Below are positions 52,581 to 64,000 of a stretch of DNA of 64,000 nucleotides, piece by piece. A program made the position numbers and the translations under genes. Origin of the DNA: Chrysomallon squamiferum (lineage: Eukaryota > Animalia > Mollusca); contig CM022669.1 in the NCBI GenBank assembly GCA_012295275.1, forward strand, positions 17,298,001 through 17,362,000, read 5' to 3'. The notes under the pieces were generated by a model that saw only the letters and a program-made list of their open reading frames with translations, did no database searches and was not told where the DNA came from. The first letter of the stretch is position 1. Every line of letters begins with the position of its first letter.

Positions 52581-55500
52581 TCTGATTAAGTGACTTTCCT
52601 TTCAAATCGGATTAATTTCACAAATCCTTTTATCAATAATAAGCTCCATTCTTTTCTTCTTTTTTTTTGGTAAAAATTTATCAAAAATCTTTACACAACA
52701 TTATTTTCAAAAGTTTCACGGCTAATAAAAAGTATTAAAATTTTTTTTTTAATGCCATCTACATTTATACATATTCACTGTACTTCACATAATGAAATTC
52801 TTTTTTAATTGAACAAAAAAAATAAGAAAAACTGAAAAATACAAATAAAATAAGTAAATTATCTGCAAAAAGATATATATTTTTACTAGAAGGACAAAAG
52901 GATGCCATTTTCAAAAGGCTAAATTAGCTTTTTATAAACACAGTAAGCCACAATTAAAAAATCACTGAGTATGAAGATTGAGAAAGAATTTTTTTTTTAA
53001 TTAATTCTGCTGGGAAGTTCATTTGTAACTCTAGTCTACATTGCTGAAATATTCCTGATCAGTATTTATGATGCCACGACACATCTCAATATGAATATGA
53101 AGAAATATTTAGTTCTGTACATATAGAAATAATAATAATAATAAAAGAAAAAATATGGATGATAGAAAAAAGAAAAGATAAAATTCAAAAATACAAACAA
53201 AATGACAGAAACAGAAATAAAAAATAATAAAATTTAAAAAAGTCGTACATAAATACAAAAGGTTGTTTAACAGATTATGTGTCTATGTAAGTATAAATAT
53301 ACATGTCATTTGTGAAAGTGTATGGGTATCTACAGTCTTATATGTATGTTACTATATATGTATCTGTATTATAGTGTAATTATTAGACTATTAAGTATTA
53401 TGAACAGAAAAAGTGAAGTCATCTAAAGGAATGATAAATAAATTCACTAGCATGAATAAAAGTTATCACTTAAATAGAATTTGCTAGTGAGAATAAAAGT
53501 TAGCATTTATGAAGTACGTAAATAAGCACTAGGTAGCTTATAATTTATATATAAGCACTAGATAAATGCCATAGTTTCTGCAGTAGGAAATGTGGTGTGG
53601 TGTGTGTGCCAGTGTGTGTGCTTGTTTCTAGCAGATCTGAAGCAGTTTAGGAATCTGTGAGAGATCAGAGTGTGGTGTCAGTGTGTTCAGGTGCACAATA
53701 AATGGACAACAAGGTTGAGTCACAAAATGGTCACACAACTGACTAATTGGAATACAGAGTGATGATCATCTGACTTGAAAATGTCAAACTGTAAAGTGTA
53801 CATTATAATAATAATCAGTTTAGAAATCTAACCACAATTGTTTGTTTAAACAACAAAACTACTGATTTATATATATATATATATATGGAAAAAGATCATG
53901 AAACAATCTTTTTGACAATTTGATTTAGGGAGTTTATAGGCCAGAGTAATTATGACTTTTAGTATTTATTGACAATTTGGAAACCATTTAAAATGAATTT
54001 GTAAGTTAATTTTTTACTACTACTAATAATAATAATGTATTAGCTAGAGAAATAAGAAAGTTTTAAAATTCGAAAACATTATAGCATATAATTATAGATT
54101 AATTAATTTTATACTCGTAGTACCTATCTATATTAATAAGTTCGATAAAAAAAATTACTAATAGTTTGGAAAACATTTTGTAACATATAATTATATAAAT
54201 AATTTAAAACTTATAATACCTACATTAAATAGAGAGATAAGATTTACAATTCTCATATTTACTTATGTCATTCTTTAATGTTTCAAGATTATTATTATTA
54301 TTATTATTATTATTAAACAGATAATTATATATATATATATATATATATAATTATTTTTTTTTAATTTTTATTATCATTTAACATGCCAGATGATCATTCT
54401 TTACATTTATATGTTTGGGATGAAACCAGACAGGAGGTCAGAGAATGGTTGCTTGGTAACACTGAATATAGGGTGTTAAGAAAGTCTCACTGAGAATTAC
54501 AAAACACATGAAATCACTGGGCTGCAGAAGACACCATTATAATAATGAAATACTTTTCATATTATTTATTTATTTATTTATTTATTTATTATTTATTATA
54601 GCCAACAAAGATATCATTTTGTGAGAATAACTGTTTATATCAAATATAAAAATTTGAGGATATGTTTTATATAATTTGAATATTTAACAACTTAAAAATA
54701 ATTATTTCTGGCCAGAGAAATAATATTAGTACCCTTTCTGTTAAATTGTTTGATTTTTAGTGTATTTTTACTATTATTATTATTGTATTTTAATTAAGTT
54801 AAAAACTAAATGAATAATTAATCAAATTAATTATGTTAATCATAACTGTATTTGTTGTTAGTGTTATTTTTAACAATTCTAATCTAATACTACTGATTAT
54901 CTGTATGTTTTTAATTTAGCATCTCTTACTGATAATTACAATTCCCTATTATTTATATTTAAATTAGTTTATTTAACCTTGAATATTTTTAATTTAAAAA
55001 ATATACTTCAATCTTATTCTTCAGATGGAAATGTGCTGTTATTAATATATTATACATTTTATTATATGTGTAATTTCTTTGGCACAAATACAGTTGAATA
55101 TTACTATTTATTTGCAATAATGATTTAATTCGGAATCTATTTATCATAAATGTAATTTAATATTACTGTATAATTTACAGTGTTATTTATTTAATGTGAT
55201 ATATCACTGTTAAAAAAAAAAAAAAATTTTTTAAATGTTTTACTGTTTATCCATAATGTTAACTTAATTTGGTGTAGACAATAATAACAGTGCCATCTGT
55301 GGGTGTATTTTTTTCACAACAACAATAACAGGTACAGTAAATACTAAATATTCCATACCAGAATGTTTGAAAACTGTAAAAAGAGAGAAATATATTTCAT
55401 TTTGTTTCTATTAGAAATGTCTAAGCATTGATACCCCAGACCTGCATAATTACAGTGTACTGCATAAGTGGCAGATGAATCAGAATTTGACTTGATGTCC

Positions 55501-56322
55501 AGCTAAGACAGTAATAAAAAAAAAATATTCTTTTATTCCCCCCCAAAAATATTATTCTGTTATATTATTGAACAAATAAATTTTCAAACTGAAGTTTTTG
55601 TACAGCTGATCATAAAATTACATATAAAAAAAAAATCTAAAACTTTATTATTTATCTTTCAACATCAATGACCTACATCAAAGATCTACATCAAAGAGAT
55701 GCAATCTGTTGCAAAGAAGGATTAGCCTAATTCAAAATTATCTGCCACTTTCTCTCCATTTATCACCAGCTTCTGGCCACCAGCTGTATCTGTGAAATGA
55801 AACTGGAGGGGTTTAATTGATTAGTTGGTTGGCCAATCCACCACCATATAATAGATGATACTGTATTTACATCAATTTCTGCCTAAGGGGATATATGCAC
55901 GTACATCCTTTAGAAAACCATAGGGTCAATATTTACATAAATTCCCTTTTGTCCATTTTTAATTAAAAGCCCATCATACAAATAGAGGAAGACATTATCT
56001 GCCTGCCACGGTTATTTCTCTCCGTTCAGAAGGCTGTAACACAACAAAGTTTTATAACACGTGAGTGGATATGAACTTTTAATACTCCATGTTTGATATT
56101 AAAGTTTAAAACTCAGTGTGGAATACAAATATTAACATTCAGCACTGTGTCTGAGATTTGTAACACAGGAAAAAAAAAAAACATGCTTAGAATAACCAGG
56201 CAGAAACTGAAATAAATACAGTAAAAGCAGGCAGGCCCAATGCAATATTTTGCTGCATGAATATATAGCATCCAGGTTTTTATCAGCCCTGAAAGGTTCA
56301 GTGCAGCCAGTGACACCGTTAC

Positions 56323-56412
56323 CTTTGGGAAGTGGAGGAGCTTTCCCATTTTCGGTGTATTCGTTGTCTATTAAACCGTCTTGTTCTTGGGCCTGACCTT
56401 CCTGTTCAAACG
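56323..56412 (-). CDS. APBA: APBA N-terminal exon (AFEQEGQAQEQDGLIDNEYTENGKAPPLPK)
   Basis: Acceptor ttcttttgcacag, donor AAG|GTAACG. 90 nt, symmetric phase 1-1. Lies within ORF 56132..56458. Confidence 0.8.
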
Positions 56413-58847
56413 CTGTGCAAAAGAAATGAATATGGGTAACATGGATGAATAAATGCACATAACATGAATGGATAATCTGAATGGTTTTGAATAAATTTCA
56501 CATAAAAATGGAAGACTAAAGCAAATGACGTACAAATATAATTTATGTAACTTAAACCATTAAAGTAAGTCCTGGATAGTACATTTACATAACAGTCATT
56601 AATGAAATGTAAAGCACTTAAATAACATTAATGCATAATACCTGCAATAGCTATACACAGTCAACATTATTGTGGAGACTACTGCAAATTTACTTTTCCA
56701 TAGAATTTTTACTGCCTTGAAATTTTGAATATTTTTTTTTAAAAAGAAAAAAGAAAAAAAAAAACTTACTAGTACCCATTGTGATTGGTATATATGTACT
56801 GGATTATATTATTATATTCAGATTTTTAAAAACACTGAATAAGTATATAAAATAAACAAATAAATTTGCTTCAAAACTATTCAAACTCATAAGCTGAAAG
56901 AACTTGAGGTATCAAAGTTCAGTTCTTTCTTTAACATTTTTAAGTTGTATTTAAATTAAAAAAAACAAAAAGTCAGCTGTACATCCAATGTTGAAATATT
57001 AAGATTACTTCAATAAAATGCAAAATGCTTTAACAGCTAACAGGCAGATCAGTATTATTCATAATGGTGTTTATAAGTAATGTTTGACTACTATGAGGAT
57101 CTAAACTCAATTAACTCCAATTTTAATTAAGACTATTCAATATAAAAATGTTTTTTAAATTGTAAAAGAAGTATTATTAATATTGTTAATAATGAACAGA
57201 CTAATGACAACACTCAGCTATCACTTCATGGATATTGTAATATAAAAATGATAATAAATAGTTTTTTCAACTATCTATAACTATTATTAGTATTTATAAA
57301 TACTGCAGGTATACTCAAAAATATCTTCTGATAAATTAACACTGAAATAAAAACCCAACAGAACATTATTTCTGATAATTGTTTTCTGATATACTGGTAA
57401 AGCCCGTCTTTTTAATTATATTTCAGACAAGTGAAAAAAAAAAAAAAAAAAGTGGATTTTCTTAAATTAATAAATGTAAATGTCTTACCGTGACCGAATT
57501 TTCAGAATATTTGACTTTAACAACATTTAGACAATTAATATAGATTATCTAGATTTTTTTTCTGCAATCATGTTCAGATGATATTTATTTTGTTTTATTA
57601 TATCATTATTATTATTGATATTGCTACTACTACTACAACTACTACTACTACTACTACTATTACAAGTAATAGTGTGTAAAAATATAAAAAAATAAATAAA
57701 AGCAACAAAAAAGAAAGAAATTTATCCTGAAGTATTAAAATTCTATAATCATTAGTTTTACATTTAAAAGATGTGTAAGATATTACATTCTTATGTTTGG
57801 GGTCTTTTGTTTTACATTGATTACAACCCAATCTGAAAGACCATGAATCAAATATCATACAAGGAAATATCTTTCGGATTAAATGTGTTTGGAATGTGTC
57901 TGATATTTACCGATGAATTTCAAAGTTCACTGCATATTTTATTGACTGGTTCTGATGAAATAACTGATATTGTAACTGTTATGTCTACAGCTCTCTAATT
58001 TAAATGCACTTCTCTTATCTTTGTATTTTATTATGATTATTCTAATTTTTATTTTTATTTTTTTATTATTATTATGTAAAGATGGATAATATCAGGCACG
58101 TTTAAAATTTTAGTTATAAAATTTATATTTAACTCAATATATTTATTTTCTATTTTATATTTTCTAATATTTTGCTTTTAGAATTAATCATGTATTGTAT
58201 TATTTTAGTTTGAAACTGATAGATCAGCACATTCATGTACAGAACAGTTATCATAAAAATTCAGTGTCATTTTATCCAATCTGTAATTTCAAAATAATAA
58301 AATAGTACTAAAACTAAACATAACAAAAATGAAGAAACTGTCATACATTCATTATGAATGTATTTGCTAAACTACCAAACTGTATTGTAAAATTACAGGA
58401 TGAGTGACATAATACAGAAAATATTTGAAGTAACAGGCTGGGTAGTATCAACTATTATTATTTTGAAATGTTATTATTTCAGATACTTAATATACAATAT
58501 TATTAAATCCGTTATTTCAAGATAATGAACATAGACATTAGTATCACCTAATCTGTTATTGCAAAGATTATTCTGTTTCACCCAATCTACAAATTTCAAA
58601 ATACAATTTGGTTGTTCATGTATATGCATTTATGTGGCATTTTTCACAGTTTTCCAGTTTTAATTTGAATAAATAGAAAGAAAATTCTAAATAATTTGTA
58701 TTTTAATAATTCAATGGAAATATGCTGCTGATCTTTCACTGTATGTAAAATGTTAAAATCATTTATAAGAATAGTTTGATACTCTGAGGAATCACTTTGC
58801 AGTTAAACTGTTTGAGTTATGTTTTAAGAATGTATTAAAAGTTTTAC

Positions 58848-58957
58848 CAGCATTGTGTTCTTTCTGAGCATAATCTTCTTCTTGGCGTCTCTCTATTTCG
58901 TCTCTCACTTGCCTCATTTCTTCCTGTCTCTGCTGTAGTTTCTGAGAATGACTGTCT
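58848..58957 (-). CDS. APBA: APBA N-terminal exon (DSHSQKLQQRQEEMRQVRDEIERRQEEDYAQKEHNA), coiled-coil-like
   Basis: Acceptor tttcag at 58958-59, donor GTAAAA at 58847. 110 nt, phase 2 to phase 1, no stop, purine-rich coding-like composition. Confidence 0.8.
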
Positions 58958-58979
58958 CTGAAAGGCAATTTTCAAAAAT

Positions 58980-59097
58980 TAGTATTTGTTTAATGGCATC
59001 TTAACATCTTTTAATGTCGAGCATGTTTCAGAATAAGCATTTATCCTGCAATCCACAATGCCCGACACTGGTGCTCTAACCACTGGGCCACAGTCCT
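58980..59097 (-). mobile_element. tRNA-derived SINE remnant
   Basis: Minus strand begins GGACTGTGGCCCAGTGGTTAGAGCAC (A-box-like tRNA head). The remainder is truncated and degenerate. Confidence 0.5.
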
Positions 59098-61715
59098 CTC
59101 AAATGAAATTTAATTAACTAATGCAAAAACCTACTTAGTGTCACAGATACAGGTTTTATATCAAACTATAAATTACCTAATTTGGATAAAATGACTTTAT
59201 AAATGTTCCAAGAGTATCATGTGGATCTCTTATAATATTAGAGATAATTCCCACAACATGCATGCTTGATCAATTCACTGATGAAAGTTTGTTAAAAATA
59301 TCTATAGCAAACTTTAGTGGGAAATACTCTGTACTGGTAATCACGAAAGACAAGCTTCAACAGGTTTTTAAGAGAAACAGAGGTAGTTTAAAACCATCTT
59401 TCAGATTCCTTTTGCAACAAGAAATATTACATGAATTCTATTTTTTTTTTTTATGTCATTTGTGGAAATAAGCTGATTTAATTTATGTGTCGAACACACA
59501 TGCTGTATTACTATGCTTTCCATTGTTGAGGTTTTTCTATCTGTTGATCTATTAGCATTACTGATTAGTTAATAACCTAAGGCTAATGGTGATTTATGTG
59601 TTACTGTAATTCAAATGGAGCTATTAATCTGTCAGTTTTTGAAAATATTTTTAAAAGTTTAAAATGTTATTTCCATTTATAAATTTTAAAGCATTTTTCA
59701 AATAAAATTATTAAGTCACGCACACACACACATGCACATAAAATGCAAAATACGATTTAAAAAAATAGTAGTAAGTTTTAAAAAAGCATTAAGTGCCATT
59801 TTATTCCTAATGTTGTACTTTATTAACTAACAAAAGCTTTTTCTTGCCTGGATGTTGGCAGCCAATGTCAATTACATACGTAACTACATAGTGCTGAATG
59901 GGCTATTTGTTTTCTATTGCTAACACTAATGTTTGATGTCGTTTAATGTAACAGATAGTAAAACCCTTTTAACTTCAATTTTTCATTTAAATCTGTCTGA
60001 AACAGAAGATGTAAAATATCTAAAATTTGTATCAACTTTTTCCCTTGATCTATTTGACAGCAACGAAAAAAAAAAAAAAAATAATAATAAATAAATAAAT
60101 ACATAAAATAATAGTTTAATATAATGTAATAAACATTTCCTTACAACATAATACATTCCTGTTAAAATGCTACACAAACTAGTTTGATTTTACAACAATA
60201 AAGTAGAACCATTAAAAAGCAAGTTTAGAAATAATCATAGTAAATGTTTAATGTTTAGAACAATTATATTAAGATGTAATACATTAAAAATAATTACAAT
60301 TAATGGGCACTTTCAATAACAAAAATGAGTCCTAGAAAAAAAAAATTAAAAATTAAAAAATTAAAATCAACTACTTACAGTATAACAGTAGGCAAGTTAT
60401 AACTGCATTTGAACTATTTGTAATAATATACCTGTACAAATCATCCAAGAAAAATGAATTTTTCCATTTATATCCTCTCTTCATAAACTGTCTTTCTAAT
60501 TTCCTCTTTATTTTATTCAATATTATCATCAGGAATTGTTTTGTAAATTAACACCTTTAACAAAAACGAACTGCACCAAAACAAAATCCAGTAGGTTTCT
60601 TCTATATTACTGCACTGACCAATTAAACAAAATAATTTACCAATTTGGCTAATTAAGCAATATAAATTCCATTTTATCACACACAGAATCAGAATACAAT
60701 TCCAACATGATGACAATATAATGAGGATTTATTTGTCTTGTAAAACATCATGGTCACCAGTTGGCTAACATCCATAATTTTACACTTAACTTAAGAGTTA
60801 TTTCTTCTGTCAAAACCAAATAATCACTGAAATCTTAATAAGTCATAAGAGAAATGAGAATTATTTCAAATGGATCAAAATATAAATAATATATCTGTTG
60901 AAAACATCTAGCTAATTACTTTCTGTTCTTACACAGTTATCAAAGTTTTTTTGTTTTTTTTAATTATTTGTTTTCGCTTTACATATATATTATCATTACT
61001 ACTTTTTCTTTTTTTCTTCTTCTTCTTTTTTTTCTTCTTTAATTAACTTAATAATAAGGCTGGATAAAGAATTTGAATTTTTTTTACTGAATACATTCAA
61101 GACGGCTTGTTTTGAGCTGAATTTAATCAAATTTACTATTCCACTGAATGTAATACACATCTCCCATTTTTTTTTCTGCATCATCATTATTTTAAACCTT
61201 TTAAATAAATGAAGCATGAACCAAAATGCTACTCAGAACTTTAATTCATTTTTTATAAAGATATCTGTTGTGCCTATTTTTATTTCATTATCTTCTTAAT
61301 GCTATATGAGTGGAATAACCACACAGCTGTTCTATCTCTAATTTCATCATCCAGACTATTCTTTATTACAATTTTGTCTTTGTTTAAAGAAATGTCTTCA
61401 ATTAAAAGACGGTAAGCACTGAACTTACAATCTTGTGGCAGAGCTGTTTTAGATAAATGAATTTTGTCATAAAATGTTATTGTTTCTAATGTCTAGACTT
61501 ACTTATTAATAAAAATTATATATGTACTTTATACTGTCAAATCCATATACATATATATATATATATATGCATCATTATGGATGACATACAAAATGAAATT
61601 ACCATAAAATCATTTAGACAAAATATCTTGTAACAATTCTTCTACATGATCAATATGAATGTCTGGTTACTATTGACTATTCAGGGGGAAAAATCTAAAT
61701 TCTGATTAGGAAACA

Positions 61716-61718
<3 letters not shown>

Positions 61719-61810
<92 letters not shown>
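61719..61810. repeat. Long perfect (GA)n microsatellite
   Basis: About 46 uninterrupted GA units. Confidence 0.97.
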
Positions 61811-61814
<4 letters not shown>

Positions 61815-62579
61815 TGCAAATTTTGGTGGCATTAATAACATTACAATTTTCAACTTGTTAATTGTTTTAAGTTACACTGAATGAAATTCAGAATAATAAT
61901 TTTTAAAACATTCAGCTGGAATTTTCTTCTTTTTTTAAAGTGAATTTAATTGTTTTTTCCAAGTTCAATTAATTGATTATTTTTTTTAATGAATACATTA
62001 GTTTCATTACTACTAGATTTATATTTTTATTGTGAAATAAAAGGTTTCATATTGTTTGAAAAAATGTGTTTGTGTGTTTAAATAACCTGCCCTAATGATT
62101 TATTTACTAACATTCCACTTAGTGATTCATTGAAATAAAATTGAAATAACAAGAGCACATACCACCATTATTAAAACACTAGTTTTTGTTTTGCTTTACT
62201 TTTTATTTTAAAAATTATTATTATTATTATTATTAATTTTATTATCATCACTGTAATACTAAAGGTAAACAAAATTCTTCTTAGTTTTGCTGAAAAAATG
62301 TAGCATTTCTGTTTCATCAGTTAACTGCATTTAGTGGTTCACAATATAAACCAGGATTTTTATTACAATAATAATAAATAAAATGTTGCAAAACTAATAT
62401 TCTTTTCAAAATAGTGTTTGTAATCAAATATCTAATAGTTTATGTATGTAAAATTATTTACAAAGGCAGATTTTTACCCATATACAATATACCTCTAAAC
62501 TTACATATATAAATTAAAAAAATGCTGTTAAGTAAATGGCTATTTTTCTGTTGACAACTTAAAAATATACAACTCTTAC

Positions 62580-62704
62580 CTGTTTACAATATAACCCTGA
62601 ACTCTGTGATCATGGTAAAAGCGAATCTGTACGTACATTTCCAGAAGTTCAATGAGGTTTTGAAATACTTCTCCATTGAAAGAATTCATAGCTGAAGCAG
62701 CCAT
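62580..62704 (-). CDS. APBA: APBA probable first coding exon (MAASAMNSFNGEVFQNLIELLEMYVQIRFYHDHRVQGYIVNR)
   Basis: ATG at 62704-62702 with an in-frame TAA 15 codons upstream. Strong donor CAG|GTAAGA at 62579. Ends in phase 2, matching the phase-2 start of exon 58848-58957. The 5' boundary is less certain, since an internal acceptor (cttcag) is also possible. Confidence 0.6.
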
Positions 62705-63860
62705 TAAGGAACAGAAAATTTCTTCGGGAATTTGTATATTGTTATTTTAAGTAATGATAAAACGAAGTCCTCTTCCAGCTGAACCGGGTAGCAATACACT
62801 GAAAACACCGTCTTGATAAATCACTCTGGTATTCATTATTGAAAATCCACAATATACCGCTGCCTTTGTCTATCTAAAACGATCTTTTTTTTTTCCAGTA
62901 GATCAACAAAAATCTTATGACATTAAAAAAAATACATTATTTTTTCTGTCACCATGGTAACTGACAGCAGAATGCATAATTTTAAATTGTATAGCTTTTA
63001 TTTTTTTTGCTTTTTTATTTCCCTCTATAGGCCAAAGAATGCTTTATTTATCTTCCTTCTGATCAAATTGCAAATGAAGAAATTAATATTAAGCACAACA
63101 AAAAAATATGTAAATTGGTTTTAATTTAGAGCTTTTAATATATCACTGCTTCTTTACACTAACCATAAAATTCCTTAAACAACAACAATCTTTTAAAAAC
63201 ATCCGACAGTAAAACACAAAAAAAACAGACATCGCAGTTTCTTTAATTCATTATCCACTTAAACTTTAAGCTGCTTCTCTTTAATAAACCAAAGGGTGTA
63301 AACAAAAACAAAAAAAAAGTCCCACAGAAGATCTTAACCAAAAAAACCTAAATATTCACAAGTCTACACCTTCAACAGCAACATCTGCATGAAGATGCCA
63401 GCAACACAATTCAATGAGGTTTGTGTCGAGAAAAAGAAATATGTTGTAAAAGCAATCATCCCAATTCTTGTAACTGTCATTTAAGGTAATGGGACGAAGC
63501 TTAAGTGATAAGAGGGAGCTTTGAGTGGCTACAAAAGAAACCGAGGAAAAGAGAAAAAATCTGTATTATACATGCATTGCAGGATAAGCACAGGTCATTG
63601 GAGTAACAATGGGAGATGTATATAACAGTCCCAATTACAATTTATAACCGAGCAAGATTCCTTTCAATGAATACTGATCAGGTTTGCTGCTGAAACAAGT
63701 CGAGTAAACCCGAGCAACCCCGGTATGGACTATTTCACCGTGAGATGGCAACTACTTGAAAAGGTTTGAAACGAAACTTGAAAAGACAGAGTGAAGCAGA
63801 AACAAACATTTTAGACACTGTTCAGTGAGTGCGAAAGAGCTTTAGTCTTTTTAGCAGTTT
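62705..63860 (-). promoter_or_regulatory. Putative 5' UTR / promoter region of the APBA transcript
   Basis: Lies immediately upstream of the probable start codon. Locally higher GC and CpG content at about 62760-62885 and 63400-63850. The TSS cannot be located from sequence. Confidence 0.3.
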
Positions 63861-64000
63861 TGGAAATAATTTATGAAGCTGAAGAAAACTAAAACCTAAC
63901 TGCAGTTGTACACTGAAAACTATGATATCAACATTAAAAAAATTAACATAAATAATATTTAAAAATGCTGAAATAAATAAAAAGATTAAAAAAAAAAAAA

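Larger units (their letters stand above)
25757..62704 (-). other. APBA: Span of the X11/Mint/LIN-10 (APBA family) gene visible in the window; 3' part (end of PTB, two PDZ domains) not found
   Basis: Nine exons joined through GT-AG introns with matching phases give one open frame. It ends in a recognisable X11/Mint PTB domain ([17 protein letters not shown]...[69 protein letters not shown]...CHVFESDE). Confidence 0.95.

Noticed and set aside
57489-57514. Candidate small exon ending at ACG|GTAAGA
   Set aside because: 26 nt with an AAG acceptor. It breaks the frame of the phase-1 intron, and the nearby ATG gives phase 2.

Overview
AT-rich eukaryotic (animal) genomic DNA with many microsatellites. 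Repeat style suggests a mollusc, possibly a gastropod, but this is inference. Most of the window is one minus-strand, multi-exon gene encoding an X11/Mint/LIN-10 (APBA-family) adaptor. Nine phase-consistent GT-AG coding exons can be read from a probable start ATG at 62704 down to 25757. They cover the acidic N-terminal region and most of the PTB domain. The last PTB helix and both PDZ domains were not found and presumably lie beyond position 1, after an intron of more than 25 kb. The most interesting signals concern splicing regulation: (i) a 6-nt frame-preserving microexon candidate (Ala-Ser, 32865-32870) inside the PTB domain, with an upstream UGC and two downstream UGCAUG motifs; (ii) a 33-nt symmetric microexon candidate (44720-44752) just before the PTB domain; (iii) a 15-nt perfect plus 3-nt complementary pair (46001-46018 / 44679-44698) that brackets the 33-nt exon and masks a consensus 5' splice site. 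The introns also hold Tigger/pogo-like MITEs, SINE remnants, minisatellites and several enhancer-like non-coding islands. All calls were made by eye; no searches were run.
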